This document shows, in pieces, positions 46,505 through 55,599 of a stretch of DNA of 64,000 nucleotides (position 1 is its first letter; every line of letters begins with the position of its first letter). Below the pieces are notes generated by a model. The model saw nothing but the letters and a program-made list of their open reading frames with translations, was not told the DNA's origin and did no database searches. The translations under genes and the position numbers were made by a program. This stretch comes from Escherichia phage WG01, in the sequence record NC_031928.1. One strand, given 5' to 3'.

Positions 46505-47029
46505 TTATGCGAGAACCGTCTTTAAACGCTCTTCAAATTTCTGAAGCAGAGCTTGGCGTTCAGCTCGTTGTGATTTGTACTGCTCGATACGACCTGAAGT
46601 GAGGGCGTACTGTTCGTTTACTGATTCCCGCATGAATTCAGGAATCTCTTTACAAGCTTTGATTTCGTCAAACTTATCAATAACAGCTTGTTGTTCAGCA
46701 ATCAGATTATCGAAATAAGCGATATCAGATTTAACGTTTGCCAGGTCAGATTCGGTAGGCATTAAACGTTTGTTACGTTCAGCTTGATAAGCTTGATTGG
46801 TTTCACGACTCCAGTGAAGAGTACGTTTTTTGTTAGTGTTTTTATAGAGCTCTACAATACCAACTGAATCGATGACAACAATCCAGTTCCAACGGCTTTT
46901 GTAAATCTCTCCTCCAGATACAGTAATCTCATTACCACAAGCAACGTCGTTAAAGAACTTGCTTTGTTTTTCGGATTTGAAATTACCATTGTTATAATTG
47001 ATGAGTGAAAAAATATCTTTAGCGTTCAT
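46505..47029 (-). CDS. hypothetical protein with C-terminal coiled coil
   Basis: 174-aa ORF preceded by promoter cassette 47043-47084. Confidence 0.5.
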   Translation of the reverse strand: MNAKDIFSLINYNNGNFKSEKQSKFFNDVACGNEITVSGGEIYKSRWNWIVVIDSVGIVELYKNTNKKRTLHWSRETNQAYQAERNKRLMPTESDLANVKSDIAYFDNLIAEQQAVIDKFDEIKACKEIPEFMRESVNEQYALTSGRIEQYKSQRAERQALLQKFEERLKTVLA

Positions 47030-47042
47030 GTTAACCTCCAGT

Positions 47043-47084
47043 AGTTGATAGGTCTATAGTATCATTTCTACTGGAGATGTAAAC
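47043..47084 (-). promoter_or_regulatory. early promoter cassette with covarying inverted repeat CTCCAGTAG/CTACTGGAG
   Basis: GTTGATAGGTCTATAGTATCA core, gtaaac 47079-47084. Confidence 0.55.
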
Positions 47085-47086
47085 AA

Positions 47087-47428
47087 CTAATAGAAACTTT
47101 TTTCACCGGCTTGACCACTAAACCAAGCGGATTGGGTGTTCTCTTTCCGTTGGTGTTCAATACGAATGCGATATTCATTCCTGATGGCGCAGAGTTCATC
47201 TCGGAAGTCGCCTGCCAACTTTACCTGCTTATGGTCTAGATTTATTAAGGCCTGGGTCTTCGCGGCCAAGAGCAGTCTCTTGTAGTCTCCTTCTTCACAA
47301 TCGGTTTTATAAACTCTATTAGTATATCCATCGATAAGTTCTTTATCATAGTCCTCGACGGACTGTTTCATAGCTTTGGAAAAAGTCTGACCTGCGTTAT
47401 AAAGATTGTAAATAAATTGTTCAAACAT
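47087..47428 (-). CDS. hypothetical protein
   Basis: 113-aa ORF. Confidence 0.5.
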   Translation of the reverse strand: MFEQFIYNLYNAGQTFSKAMKQSVEDYDKELIDGYTNRVYKTDCEEGDYKRLLLAAKTQALINLDHKQVKLAGDFRDELCAIRNEYRIRIEHQRKENTQSAWFSGQAGEKSFY

Positions 47429-47437
47429 AATTCACCC

Positions 47438-48418
47438 TTATTTCAGAAGTGTAACTTCAGCGATTTCGCTCCAGTCATTTTTATCGGTGGCAATGAAGTC
47501 CGCCAGATAAAGAGCTGTACGTAATGATACGTTACGAAGACGAGATACATTAGCCTTCATCCATGCTAAAGCTTGGTAAGTCTCGGCATCAGTCAGACCA
47601 CGGTTTTGCATCATATCAGTGGACAGGATAACGTCTTCAACACGAACCATAATCTCTTCGTTAGAGTGAACTCCGAGGTCTAAGTAAACTGAACGAGATA
47701 CTAAAGCCTGGAGGTGTGGAGCAAGTTTAGTTCCACGCTCTAATTCACGGTCAATATCAACGTTGGTGATGAACACGATGGTGCCTTCATACTCAAATTC
47801 TTTATCGATATTTTTATCATCAAGATAAGAACTTGAAGTGCTCCAGCACACCTTACGTTTTTCACCAGTATCCAATGCTGCTTTTAACAGGTTCAGGATA
47901 TCCATATCAGAGAATACATCAACATCATCAATAAGAAGAACACTATTAGGGCCGCGGTTATTCCAAAGCTGCTCGTAAAGACCGATTCCACTAATCTTTC
48001 CGTTGATTGATTTATATTCGATAGTTTCATTTTCGTGGGCATTCTGTAATGCTTTATCCAAAGAATATGTTTTACCAATACCTGCGGCACCAGAGATTAT
48101 AAGGGAACGAATTTTACCATCGATGATTCCGTTAGTCATCATGTTCATTACTTTAAAACGTTTGTTGATACGGTGTTTCATTTCTTCAGCGGATTCAGTA
48201 ACCATTGCAGGAGCTGGTGCGCCTTCGGTTTCGATATCACATTTGAATACCCATACACCACGTTCAACACCATCAATCTGTACGAATACCTTGCCATCAC
48301 CGAGGTGAGCTTCGGATTCATGAATTTTGTTAGGGAACCAGGTTTTACCTGAACTCATGAACGTACCAGAGATTTCATTACCGCGATAGATACCTTTGTT
48401 GATTTTGATAGTTAACAT
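47438..48418 (-). CDS. P-loop NTPase (AAA-like)
   Basis: ORF-track ORF trimmed to ATG 48418 (GGAGAA RBS); Walker A ISGAAGIGKTYSL, Walker B VLLIDDVD. Confidence 0.6.
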   Translation of the reverse strand: MLTIKINKGIYRGNEISGTFMSSGKTWFPNKIHESEAHLGDGKVFVQIDGVERGVWVFKCDIETEGAPAPAMVTESAEEMKHRINKRFKVMNMMTNGIIDGKIRSLIISGAAGIGKTYSLDKALQNAHENETIEYKSINGKISGIGLYEQLWNNRGPNSVLLIDDVDVFSDMDILNLLKAALDTGEKRKVCWSTSSSYLDDKNIDKEFEYEGTIVFITNVDIDRELERGTKLAPHLQALVSRSVYLDLGVHSNEEIMVRVEDVILSTDMMQNRGLTDAETYQALAWMKANVSRLRNVSLRTALYLADFIATDKNDWSEIAEVTLLK

Positions 48419-48445
48419 TATATTCTCCATTTCACTCAGTAGATT

Positions 48446-48484
48446 TGATAGGTCTATAATAACATGTTTAAAGCAGATGTACAC
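48446..48484 (-). promoter_or_regulatory. early promoter cassette copy 1 (-35 GTGTAC)
   Basis: TGATAGGTCTATAATAACATGTTTAAAGCAGATGTACAC, near-identical to copy at 48758. Confidence 0.5.
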
Positions 48485-48486
48485 AC

Positions 48487-48717
48487 TTATTTTGCAATAA
48501 TTTCACAGAAGCCATCTTTATAGCGGGCCCATGTTTCACCATTTACTGTATAAAGAGCAGCTTTACGGCCATTAGGCATAACAACTTGTTTACCTTTGTT
48601 TTTAGTTACTGCTTCAATAATTTCGTATTCTTCAGCACGATCAGCTTTAAAGGTATCTTCCAGAGCGATCAAGTTAGTAGTGTAAGAACCGTATTTGTAA
48701 TTTTTGATAGCGTACAT
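48487..48717 (-). CDS. hypothetical protein
   Basis: 76-aa ORF with own promoter cassette copy. Confidence 0.45.
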   Translation of the reverse strand: MYAIKNYKYGSYTTNLIALEDTFKADRAEEYEIIEAVTKNKGKQVVMPNGRKAALYTVNGETWARYKDGFCEIIAK

Positions 48718-48757
48718 TTTTATATCTCCGTTTGGTTTAAGTTTTCAGCTCTTTAGC

Positions 48758-48796
48758 TGATAGGTCTATAATAACATGTTTAAAGCAGATGTACAC
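48758..48796 (-). promoter_or_regulatory. early promoter cassette copy 2 (-35 GTGTAC)
   Basis: Near-identical ~39-bp duplicate of 48446-48484. Confidence 0.5.
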
Positions 48797-48810
48797 TACT
48801 TTTTTGCACT

Positions 48811-48837
48811 AAACCCAAAAAAGGCCCGAAGGCCTTT
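48811..48837 (-). terminator. rho-independent terminator after NTase gene
   Basis: AAGGCC CGAA GGCCTT hairpin followed by T-run on minus strand. Confidence 0.6.
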
Positions 48838-48839
48838 TA

Positions 48840-49850
48840 TCATTTATAATACGAGTTATGGTTTTCTAGGTAAACCTGCTCAACGAACTTGTCCCAGAAC
48901 TTCATGTCTACCTTCTCAGGCATACCGTTCTTGGCCGCCCAGATGGCATTGGTTTCGACTTCATCAACGATAGCTTCAAGTTCGGCCTGTACATCTTTAA
49001 AAGCATGAAGCCCTTGTTTGATTTCAAGGATAAACGGTGCTGTACGTAAAGGATATTGGAGGTCACCTGTTTGATAGATTTCCTTCAACTGGTATCCAGC
49101 ACGATAAGCGTGGCTCAGAGCTTTCCAGTCAATACCTTCGTTAGCTTCAGCTTTACGAGCACGTTCACCATATTCCGCATCAAGCTTATTCAGGGATTGC
49201 TTGAGCTCTGTAATTGATAACGTTGTTTGGTACTTACGTCCGAGAACAGTATAGAACGTTTGCGGACCTGTTTTCTCATGGTTATGGAATACCCATTCAC
49301 AGAACTCATTTTCAGGGAGTCTGTGTTTGATATCTTCTACCTTAGTACGACGAAGTCTATCAGGGATTCCTTCTTGATAATCGACCCACTGTTCAGGAAT
49401 CTGGTTAACAATAGCCAGTACACCACGCAGTGCAGCTAGTCGAGAACCCTTAACACCATATTTAGAAGCTTGCTTACGGACGTACCCTAAATAGGCTTTC
49501 ATGTTAGTCGTATAGAACCGAGAACGATTGTCTTGGATAAATTTCCATACACCAGGTAAATCAGATTTAACCACCAGTTCAGGTGGAGTGTGGAGCATAT
49601 CCAGAGCAACGGTTTCGCCTTCAGCAGCCAGTTTAAAGAAATATTTCAGACTGTAAAGCTCGTGGTCAACATCATCTTTAGTGTTTTTGGAAGCAGTGTT
49701 ATTCGTATTCAGGTTGGTATGGTTCATAGCCGTACCTAACAGAATATCACGCGGATGTGGAACAAAGATTTCTTTAAAATCAACATCAGATTCTGGAGTA
49801 CTTGTTCCATAAAGGTGGCTACCGAAGTAGCCTTTCATAACTGTTCTCAT
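48840..49850 (-). CDS. Pol-beta-type nucleotidyltransferase-fold protein
   Basis: 336 aa; N-terminal GS-x11-DVD motif (FGSHLYGTSTPESDVDF); terminator hairpin downstream. Confidence 0.6.
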   Translation of the reverse strand: MRTVMKGYFGSHLYGTSTPESDVDFKEIFVPHPRDILLGTAMNHTNLNTNNTASKNTKDDVDHELYSLKYFFKLAAEGETVALDMLHTPPELVVKSDLPGVWKFIQDNRSRFYTTNMKAYLGYVRKQASKYGVKGSRLAALRGVLAIVNQIPEQWVDYQEGIPDRLRRTKVEDIKHRLPENEFCEWVFHNHEKTGPQTFYTVLGRKYQTTLSITELKQSLNKLDAEYGERARKAEANEGIDWKALSHAYRAGYQLKEIYQTGDLQYPLRTAPFILEIKQGLHAFKDVQAELEAIVDEVETNAIWAAKNGMPEKVDMKFWDKFVEQVYLENHNSYYK

Positions 49851-50299
49851 TCTTTGTCCTCGAAGTGGATTACCGGACAGACCTTAGATTTACGAGCTTT
49901 AATGTATTGAATAACGATGTTTTCTTTAGTTTCTCGGCCTTCACGCTCAGCTTGAATACGTTGCCATTCCTTTTCTTCTCTACGGGCATCATACCATGCG
50001 TGTAAATTCATCGCACCGAATGCCAAACCAATGGATAGCGCAATAATAAGAGCTATTGCAACCAATCCTAAAACAAACCCTAGACTCAACAGAACAGGGG
50101 TACTTAATACAAAGAAATGCTCTAATACACCAACACCTGCAACAGTTAATCCAAAAAGCGTACTACCTGCAACAACAGCACAAGCAAAACAAGCCCAAAC
50201 CATTTTCCAGAAGTAAGCACACAAAGAGTGTGGTCGAGAATGACGGTCATAAAAACGGTCATGAAGTTTAGCGTGCCAAGAGTTTGCATTGATAATCAT
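49847..50299 (-). CDS. membrane protein
   Basis: 150 aa; 2-3 predicted TM helices; ATGA-coupled to the NTase gene. Confidence 0.5.
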   Translation of the reverse strand: MIINANSWHAKLHDRFYDRHSRPHSLCAYFWKMVWACFACAVVAGSTLFGLTVAGVGVLEHFFVLSTPVLLSLGFVLGLVAIALIIALSIGLAFGAMNLHAWYDARREEKEWQRIQAEREGRETKENIVIQYIKARKSKVCPVIHFEDKE

Positions 50300-50309
50300 A
50301 ATATTTTCC

Positions 50310-50870
50310 TTAAGAGTTCATAGTTGGGATAACAGAGTTCAGATAAGAGACTAAAACTTTTAGTTCGTCTTTAGTAAATACCACTTCACTTTCACCATCG
50401 TGTCTTTGGGTCAAGGATAACAAATCACGGCCCTGATGTTGATACACGGTTAATTCAGTATCATAATTCAGTTCTTCTTCATCACCTTCAAAGGTTTCAC
50501 TAGAACGAATCACGGCATCTTGGCCAGGGACTTTCCATTCAACTTCCGGCTTGCATTCTTCCTGGAACAGTTTGAAAATACAATCAAAGAATTTATCAGA
50601 ATCGCTGATGCTCAGACATTCAATACCATTTTCCAGATTAAACCCGGTTTCATTTTTATAGATATAGGCAAACATATCATCATTGATATCGATAGGAGCA
50701 CTAGCCCGACCGTTAAGATAATCGTGTCTATCTAAAACCATTAAATCATAAAGCGGTTTAATATCAGCGATAGTCAGTACGATTTTATCGTCTTCTTGTG
50801 AAAGCTCAATTGCGTTATTAACTACTTCAGCGGACAGTTCGCCAAACAATTCAGTTGTTTCAATAATCAT
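50310..50870 (-). CDS. hypothetical acidic protein
   Basis: 186-aa ORF. Confidence 0.5.
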   Translation of the reverse strand: MIIETTELFGELSAEVVNNAIELSQEDDKIVLTIADIKPLYDLMVLDRHDYLNGRASAPIDINDDMFAYIYKNETGFNLENGIECLSISDSDKFFDCIFKLFQEECKPEVEWKVPGQDAVIRSSETFEGDEEELNYDTELTVYQHQGRDLLSLTQRHDGESEVVFTKDELKVLVSYLNSVIPTMNS

Positions 50871-50880
50871 TTTCTATTCC

Positions 50881-51078
50881 TCAACGGTTATGTTTTAAAA
50901 TACTATAAAGCTCTTCGACTTGGTCTGCATTCAGACAAATCATATCATTTTCTTGTTGGAGCGTGATTCCACCTTTTTCTTCCCAATCTTTAACAAAGAC
51001 GTCATCGTCAGATTCTTCAACATCTGCTAAAAGGGCAATCACACCATCTTCAGAACAACCATTTGGATCGTATAACAT
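50881..51078 (-). CDS. hypothetical acidic protein
   Basis: 65-aa ORF. Confidence 0.4.
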   Translation of the reverse strand: MLYDPNGCSEDGVIALLADVEESDDDVFVKDWEEKGGITLQQENDMICLNADQVEELYSILKHNR

Positions 51079-51199
51079 TTACAATTTCCTCACTAACCAT
51101 GAAAAGAATAAACCGATTAAAATAGGGCCTATAATCATTGTTGACCAAGCCCAGGGTTCTAAGTAATAAATCATCTTCATGCTCCTATGCCGACAGCCA

Positions 51200-51382
51200 T
51201 TAGGCTTTCAACCCATTCAGATACTCAACCAATGCCGCTTTAGAGTTATCCAAATCTCGTTTACACTGCTCTATTGCGGAATATGAATAGCCTTCGCAAT
51301 GTTCTACTGCACTATCATAAGAATCACGTTCAATAGCAGTAGCTAGTTTAAGGATTTGTTCAATCTGTTCAGTAGTTAACAT
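51200..51382 (-). CDS. hypothetical protein
   Basis: 60-aa ORF. Confidence 0.4.
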   Translation of the reverse strand: MLTTEQIEQILKLATAIERDSYDSAVEHCEGYSYSAIEQCKRDLDNSKAALVEYLNGLKA

Positions 51383-51386
51383 AATA

Positions 51387-51623
51387 TCACCAGTATTTGT
51401 TGATAGTAGAAATTAATTCTTGGGCTTGGGTAGTCTTCAGTTTACATCCACAACCCTTTAATGTGTCTTTAAGGAGCCACGGTTCCTTGAGCTCGTCCTT
51501 TTCTAGACGAATTCTGTATCCTCGATAATCAGCGAAGATACTTCGGTCGTCGAATATCTTAATCTCAAGGATACGACCGTTGATTTCATATTCTAATGAA
51601 ACCGTAGTACTTGTAAGTTTCAT
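51387..51623 (-). CDS. hypothetical protein
   Basis: 78-aa ORF preceded by promoter cassette 51641-51680. Confidence 0.45.
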   Translation of the reverse strand: MKLTSTTVSLEYEINGRILEIKIFDDRSIFADYRGYRIRLEKDELKEPWLLKDTLKGCGCKLKTTQAQELISTINKYW

Positions 51624-51640
51624 ACTGTTCTCCTCATTAG

Positions 51641-51680
51641 TTGATAGGTCTATAGTATCATGTTCCTAGAGGATGTAAAC
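51641..51680 (-). promoter_or_regulatory. early promoter cassette
   Basis: GTTGATAGGTCTATAGTATCA core, gtaaac 51675-51680. Confidence 0.55.
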
Positions 51681-51687
51681 ACCTAAA

Positions 51688-51718
51688 CGAAAAAAGGTCC
51701 CACCGAAGTGAGACCTTT
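51688..51718 (-). terminator. rho-independent terminator
   Basis: AAAGGTCCCAC CGAA GTGAGACCTTT hairpin followed by T-run on minus strand. Confidence 0.55.
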
Positions 51719-51720
51719 GA

Positions 51721-52104
51721 TTATTCTAACGTCAGCAAATACTTAGTCTGGTAAAAGACGCCAGTGATATCGTCCAAAGTCGACTGGATGGCCTTAGGAA
51801 GGGTGTCATAGATTTTATCAGATGCTTTAAGAAGCTCGTCAAGGAAATCTACAGGGTCCTTAGGCAAGTCTGAAGCAGACGGTAATGATGCTTTATATTC
51901 TTTGCCACTGAATCCAAGATATTGCTCACTAAATTGGTCCAGCGGTCCTTGAACTTCTACATAATAGAAGTCATACGCTTTGTGTCTTGCATAGCTTTTG
52001 GTTTCTAAATGGGCTGACTTAAAATAGGCTAAAGAAACCAGTAGCCAACCAATATAAGAATCCACTTCAGACCCTCGACTGGGTACGAAATCATTGAACT
52101 TCAT
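51721..52104 (-). CDS. hypothetical protein (rI.-1 position)
   Basis: 127-aa ORF after terminator hairpin. Confidence 0.45.
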   Translation of the reverse strand: MKFNDFVPSRGSEVDSYIGWLLVSLAYFKSAHLETKSYARHKAYDFYYVEVQGPLDQFSEQYLGFSGKEYKASLPSASDLPKDPVDFLDELLKASDKIYDTLPKAIQSTLDDITGVFYQTKYLLTLE

Positions 52105-52384
52105 CTTCCACCTTCATTAGTTTTACATAACGCTCTCCGATGGCCCGACCTTCAATTGAGCACGCTTCTATAGTCCGACAACTTGAAATCTTCCAGGAAG
52201 CCGTAACATAGGCCCAATAGTCTTCGGAGGCCTTTACGCTGGGTCTACTCATTTGCGCATAAACAGGCATCGCACTACTAGCAAATGCATCCATCAATTT
52301 ATCATTGGCACCATTTGCTAGTGAAACTGTAGGGCTTAAACATCCCGCCATAAGGATACAAGCCGCTGTACGGAAAATATCCAT
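52091..52384 (-). CDS. rI: lysis-inhibition antiholin RI-like
   Basis: 97 aa; N-terminal signal/SAR-like segment; C-terminal SSCRTIEACSIEGRAIGERYVKLM resembles recalled T4 RI; located next to tk. Confidence 0.55.
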   Translation of the reverse strand: MDIFRTAACILMAGCLSPTVSLANGANDKLMDAFASSAMPVYAQMSRPSVKASEDYWAYVTASWKISSCRTIEACSIEGRAIGERYVKLMKVEDEVQ

Positions 52385-52473
52385 ACAAAAGTCCTTTGTT
52401 GTTTTATACTATTTGCCTTTCGGCCTTAACCGATAGCGATTACCAAAAGCTAAAGCTCTACGGTTAGTATTAT

Positions 52474-52481
52474 TATTTATA
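52474..52481 (-). promoter_or_regulatory. late promoter-like TATAAATA (rI region)
   Basis: Minus-strand TATAAATA ~90 nt upstream of rI-like gene. Confidence 0.35.
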
Positions 52482-52755
52482 GCTTTTTAAGCTTACGACA
52501 ATAAGAATAGAACACGTCGTTAAAATTATATTCAACCCAATTCCTCTGTATAGGCGAGGTAATGGAAAGCATATAATGCGCTTTAATTAAATCCATCCCG
52601 TTTTTATTAGGACACTCTTTATTATTAGCATTATACGTCGCTGCTACAACCTCTATCTCTCTTTTGTAAGCCACATCATCCATGATAGGCGAAAGAACAA
52701 TATAAGAAATAGCCACAGCGAACGCTAGAATTAAAATCTTTGAATTTAGGTCCAT
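52477..52755 (-). CDS. small membrane protein (rI.1 position)
   Basis: 92 aa; N-terminal TM helix. Confidence 0.45.
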   Translation of the reverse strand: MDLNSKILILAFAVAISYIVLSPIMDDVAYKREIEVVAATYNANNKECPNKNGMDLIKAHYMLSITSPIQRNWVEYNFNDVFYSYCRKLKKL

Positions 52756-52762
52756 AATACCC

Positions 52763-53335
52763 TCAACTCGTTATTTCTATCCAGTGCTTCCTGCACAATG
52801 ACACGTAAGAATCGTTGCCACCTATAGAAACTTGGGCGCCGTCCTTAATTGCGATACCATCCTGGACCCTAGCAGTCATAGTAGCTTTACGGCCACAATG
52901 GCACACACCTTTGTACTCAACGAGTTTATCTGCCGTAGCGAGTAATTCAGCAGAGCCAGGAAACAGTTTACCCTGAAAATCAGTTCTTAGCCCATAGCAC
53001 ATAACTGGAACATTATAATTGTCTACTATCTTTGCCAGTTGTTTTATCTGTGCAGGTTCTAAGAACTGTGCTTCATCCACAAATACACAGTGGATATCTT
53101 TTTGAGATTCAGCCCAACGATAGAACTCGTATAGGTCCATATCCGGAGTCACGGCATTAGCCTCTTGACTAATCCCTATACGAGACGAAATGCTATGGCT
53201 TGATTCTCTATTGTCTATCGCAGGCTTTAAAAGGAGTACGCCCATACCGCGTTCTTTGTAGTTATGAGCCGCTGTTAGCAATGAAGCGGTCTTCCCAGAA
53301 TTCATCGCCGCATAGTGAAAATAAAGTTGAGCCAT
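52763..53335 (-). CDS. tk: thymidine kinase
   Basis: 190 aa; Walker A AAMNSGKTASLL, zinc-ribbon CHCG...C at C-terminus. Confidence 0.85.
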   Translation of the reverse strand: MAQLYFHYAAMNSGKTASLLTAAHNYKERGMGVLLLKPAIDNRESSHSISSRIGISQEANAVTPDMDLYEFYRWAESQKDIHCVFVDEAQFLEPAQIKQLAKIVDNYNVPVMCYGLRTDFQGKLFPGSAELLATADKLVEYKGVCHCGRKATMTARVQDGIAIKDGAQVSIGGNDSYVSLCRKHWIEITS

Positions 53336-53344
53336 ATTACCTTC

Positions 53345-53551
53345 TTAAAGACTATTTACATAAGCAATTAATTCATTTTCTTTCTCATCAAATCGATTAG
53401 CAAATTCTTCCAGATGGTCGGCATCTATAGGGCCGTATTCATCATAAAAGGCGTTTGCTTCTGTATGCTCGTCCAAAAGCTCATGGATAAGCTCAAACAA
53501 TTTATCTTTCTGTTCTTTACTCAGACTCATAACCATTGCACCTTTAAGCAA
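53345..53551 (-). CDS. hypothetical acidic protein
   Basis: 68-aa ORF. Confidence 0.4.
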   Translation of the reverse strand: MLKGAMVMSLSKEQKDKLFELIHELLDEHTEANAFYDEYGPIDADHLEEFANRFDEKENELIAYVNSL

Positions 53552-53739
53552 TATTCTTCTACATGCTGTTTACGTTTATTTTTATCTATAAAAGTATATT
53601 CAACATATTCACCAATATACCATTTATCGGTGTTGTGTTGACTTTTTATAGGGCATTTAGTTACTCGTGTTTCGGTCCAGCGTCGAATAATTTCCGCTTT
53701 GTTTTTAGGGTCAAACGGATGCGGGTAATGGGCTTTCAT
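53527..53739 (-). CDS. hypothetical protein
   Basis: 70-aa ORF. Confidence 0.4.
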   Translation of the reverse strand: MKAHYPHPFDPKNKAEIIRRWTETRVTKCPIKSQHNTDKWYIGEYVEYTFIDKNKRKQHVEEYCLKVQWL

Positions 53740-54178
53740 AATCTACCACCACTAAATTAATATCAGGAGTAAACAAATTAATCAATTGGTAAACCTTGTC
53801 CCAATCACCACCAGCAATACCACAACCAATGCGAGGAATATAAATTCTTGGTTTAAACAAAAGACCTTTTGCGGTACGGTTTAATTCTATCATACAGTTT
53901 ACTAAAGCACCATAATCAAGATTAGGGCCTGGTTCGTATTGGGTATATAAATTATAGCAAATTTGGCCATTATTACCTGTAGCTTGAGTAAACGTGCCAA
54001 GTTTTGCCAAATTGCCTAAATAAGTAGTTTTATCGATAGCGAGAATAGGCGGATAAGCCTTAGCCAATTGCCCAGCTACACCTGAACCCATTGTGTGGAA
54101 ACAGTTGCACCCGTGTGCAACATTATTACCTTGAAGAAACAGGGCGACGATATCGCCCTTAATATAATCAATAATCAT
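53711..54178 (-). CDS. macro-domain protein (ADP-ribose binding/processing)
   Basis: 155 aa; GNNVAHGCNCFHTMGSGVAGQLAKAYP macro-domain nucleotide-binding motif. Confidence 0.7.
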   Translation of the reverse strand: MIIDYIKGDIVALFLQGNNVAHGCNCFHTMGSGVAGQLAKAYPPILAIDKTTYLGNLAKLGTFTQATGNNGQICYNLYTQYEPGPNLDYGALVNCMIELNRTAKGLLFKPRIYIPRIGCGIAGGDWDKVYQLINLFTPDINLVVVDYESPLPASV

Positions 54179-54531
54179 TTAGAGTTTAATCCTCGATTGT
54201 ATGAGTCAACGAGTCTGTCTACCATAGACGCGCACATTTCTTTGTACTTTTTATCAGATGGAATACATTCAGTAACGTTTAGACGTTGCTCGTATCTTTT
54301 AGAAAGAGTTTTCTCTTTCATTCGGCGATGCTCTACGTCATTCTGGCCATCTTTAAAAGCAGCTGTGATTTTTGAACTGAATTCGATAATGCATTCAGTA
54401 TTGCTCGGATGACAATAATCTTTTGCTGTACGGGTAGCATACTCGACAATTGAATTATTACTATCATCAACTTGTGACGCTAATACTCCCGGAGCAATCA
54501 ACATAAGCGCTATAGTCATCTGCTTAATCAT
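54175..54531 (-). CDS. secreted hypothetical protein
   Basis: 118 aa; N-terminal signal peptide. Confidence 0.45.
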   Translation of the reverse strand: MIKQMTIALMLIAPGVLASQVDDSNNSIVEYATRTAKDYCHPSNTECIIEFSSKITAAFKDGQNDVEHRRMKEKTLSKRYEQRLNVTECIPSDKKYKEMCASMVDRLVDSYNRGLNSK

Positions 54532-55071
54532 TTAATACACCGCCTCAAACATCTTTTTAGATTTTAGGTAATTGGCCTTTTCTAGAACTTCAGAAGCATA
54601 TTTACTGCCTGCTTTGGCGTTCCAGCCCGCATTATAAGAAGCAATCGCTTTTCTCAGGTCACCTTTGTGAACATCAATCCAATAAGACAGTTCAATGTAG
54701 GCCCAAGAGGCACTGTTCTGTCGTTTTTGGACCATACGAATTATTTCTTTGTCTGACATCTTCCAACCTACCTGTTGAACACGACTTCTTAACGTAGGCA
54801 AGTAATTTTGGAACATGCCATAAGCATGGTGCTTATCTTTATTTAAACCCTGATTAATTCCGGCAGATGATTCCTGCCATAGTAATCCGGCCATGATATA
54901 TCCTAATCCTTTTTGATTAGGGTTTTCTTTGAACTTTCCCGACTTTTGGTATTGTTCACCGAAAGCATATGCATAATGCAAATTGTCGAGTTGCTCACTG
55001 TTGAAAGTAGGCTCTACGCTATAGGCAGACATACTAACTGTCAATAGTAAAGTGGCTAATACTTTTTTCAT
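54532..55071 (-). CDS. secreted lytic transglycosylase-like protein
   Basis: 179 aa; signal peptide; SLT-like catalytic region LWQESS and later YNAG. Confidence 0.55.
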   Translation of the reverse strand: MKKVLATLLLTVSMSAYSVEPTFNSEQLDNLHYAYAFGEQYQKSGKFKENPNQKGLGYIMAGLLWQESSAGINQGLNKDKHHAYGMFQNYLPTLRSRVQQVGWKMSDKEIIRMVQKRQNSASWAYIELSYWIDVHKGDLRKAIASYNAGWNAKAGSKYASEVLEKANYLKSKKMFEAVY

Positions 55072-55083
55072 GAGACCTCATTA

Positions 55084-55542
55084 TTAAAGATAGATTACTT
55101 TCGTGCTGGTTTTACCTTCTAAACGTTTAGAGTTAACAAATGCCATACGACATTTAAGGGAATATCCTTTATCAGGATGTTTACGGTCTACAGTCATACC
55201 TAGCCATAAGGTTTTATCGGTAATTTCGAGACGCAATGGGCGATACACTTTACCAGGAATGATTTCGGCTTCTACATCAGGCAGAGGTTCCTGGATTAAA
55301 AATTCATGAATTTCTTTAACATGGTTATGGAGTTGCTTGAATAAAGCAAAAACGTATTTTTCGTCGATTTCACGTTGGATAGCACGGTCCAACAAGTGAT
55401 TAGAGTACTTAATAAAGAAGGCTGGGACTCCGCTCTTAATGGCGGCTTTTTTGATGGACGCATTCAGTTCACGGAATTCGGTTTCGAACTGACGACGTAA
55501 TTTATTGCGGCGGATGAATACTTCTGAATTAATTTCTGACAT
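55084..55542 (-). CDS. regB: RegB site-specific endoribonuclease
   Basis: 152 aa from ATG 55542; EVFIRRNKLRR...KYSNHLLDRAIQREIDE...RLEITD closely matches recalled T4 RegB. Confidence 0.85.
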   Translation of the reverse strand: MSEINSEVFIRRNKLRRQFETEFRELNASIKKAAIKSGVPAFFIKYSNHLLDRAIQREIDEKYVFALFKQLHNHVKEIHEFLIQEPLPDVEAEIIPGKVYRPLRLEITDKTLWLGMTVDRKHPDKGYSLKCRMAFVNSKRLEGKTSTKVIYL

Positions 55543-55557
55543 TTTGTAATCTCCTGT

Positions 55558-55599
55558 AGTTGATAGGTTTATAGTATCATACCTACAGGAGATGTAAAC
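55558..55599 (-). promoter_or_regulatory. early promoter cassette (regB) with inverted repeat CTCCTGTAG/CTACAGGAG
   Basis: GTTGATAGGTTTATAGTATCA core, gtaaac 55594-55599. Confidence 0.55.

Noticed and set aside
51085-51180. 33-aa hydrophobic minus-strand ORF (MKMIYYLEPWAWSTMIIGPILIGLFFSWLVRKL)
   Set aside because: Too short to call without conservation or expression evidence.
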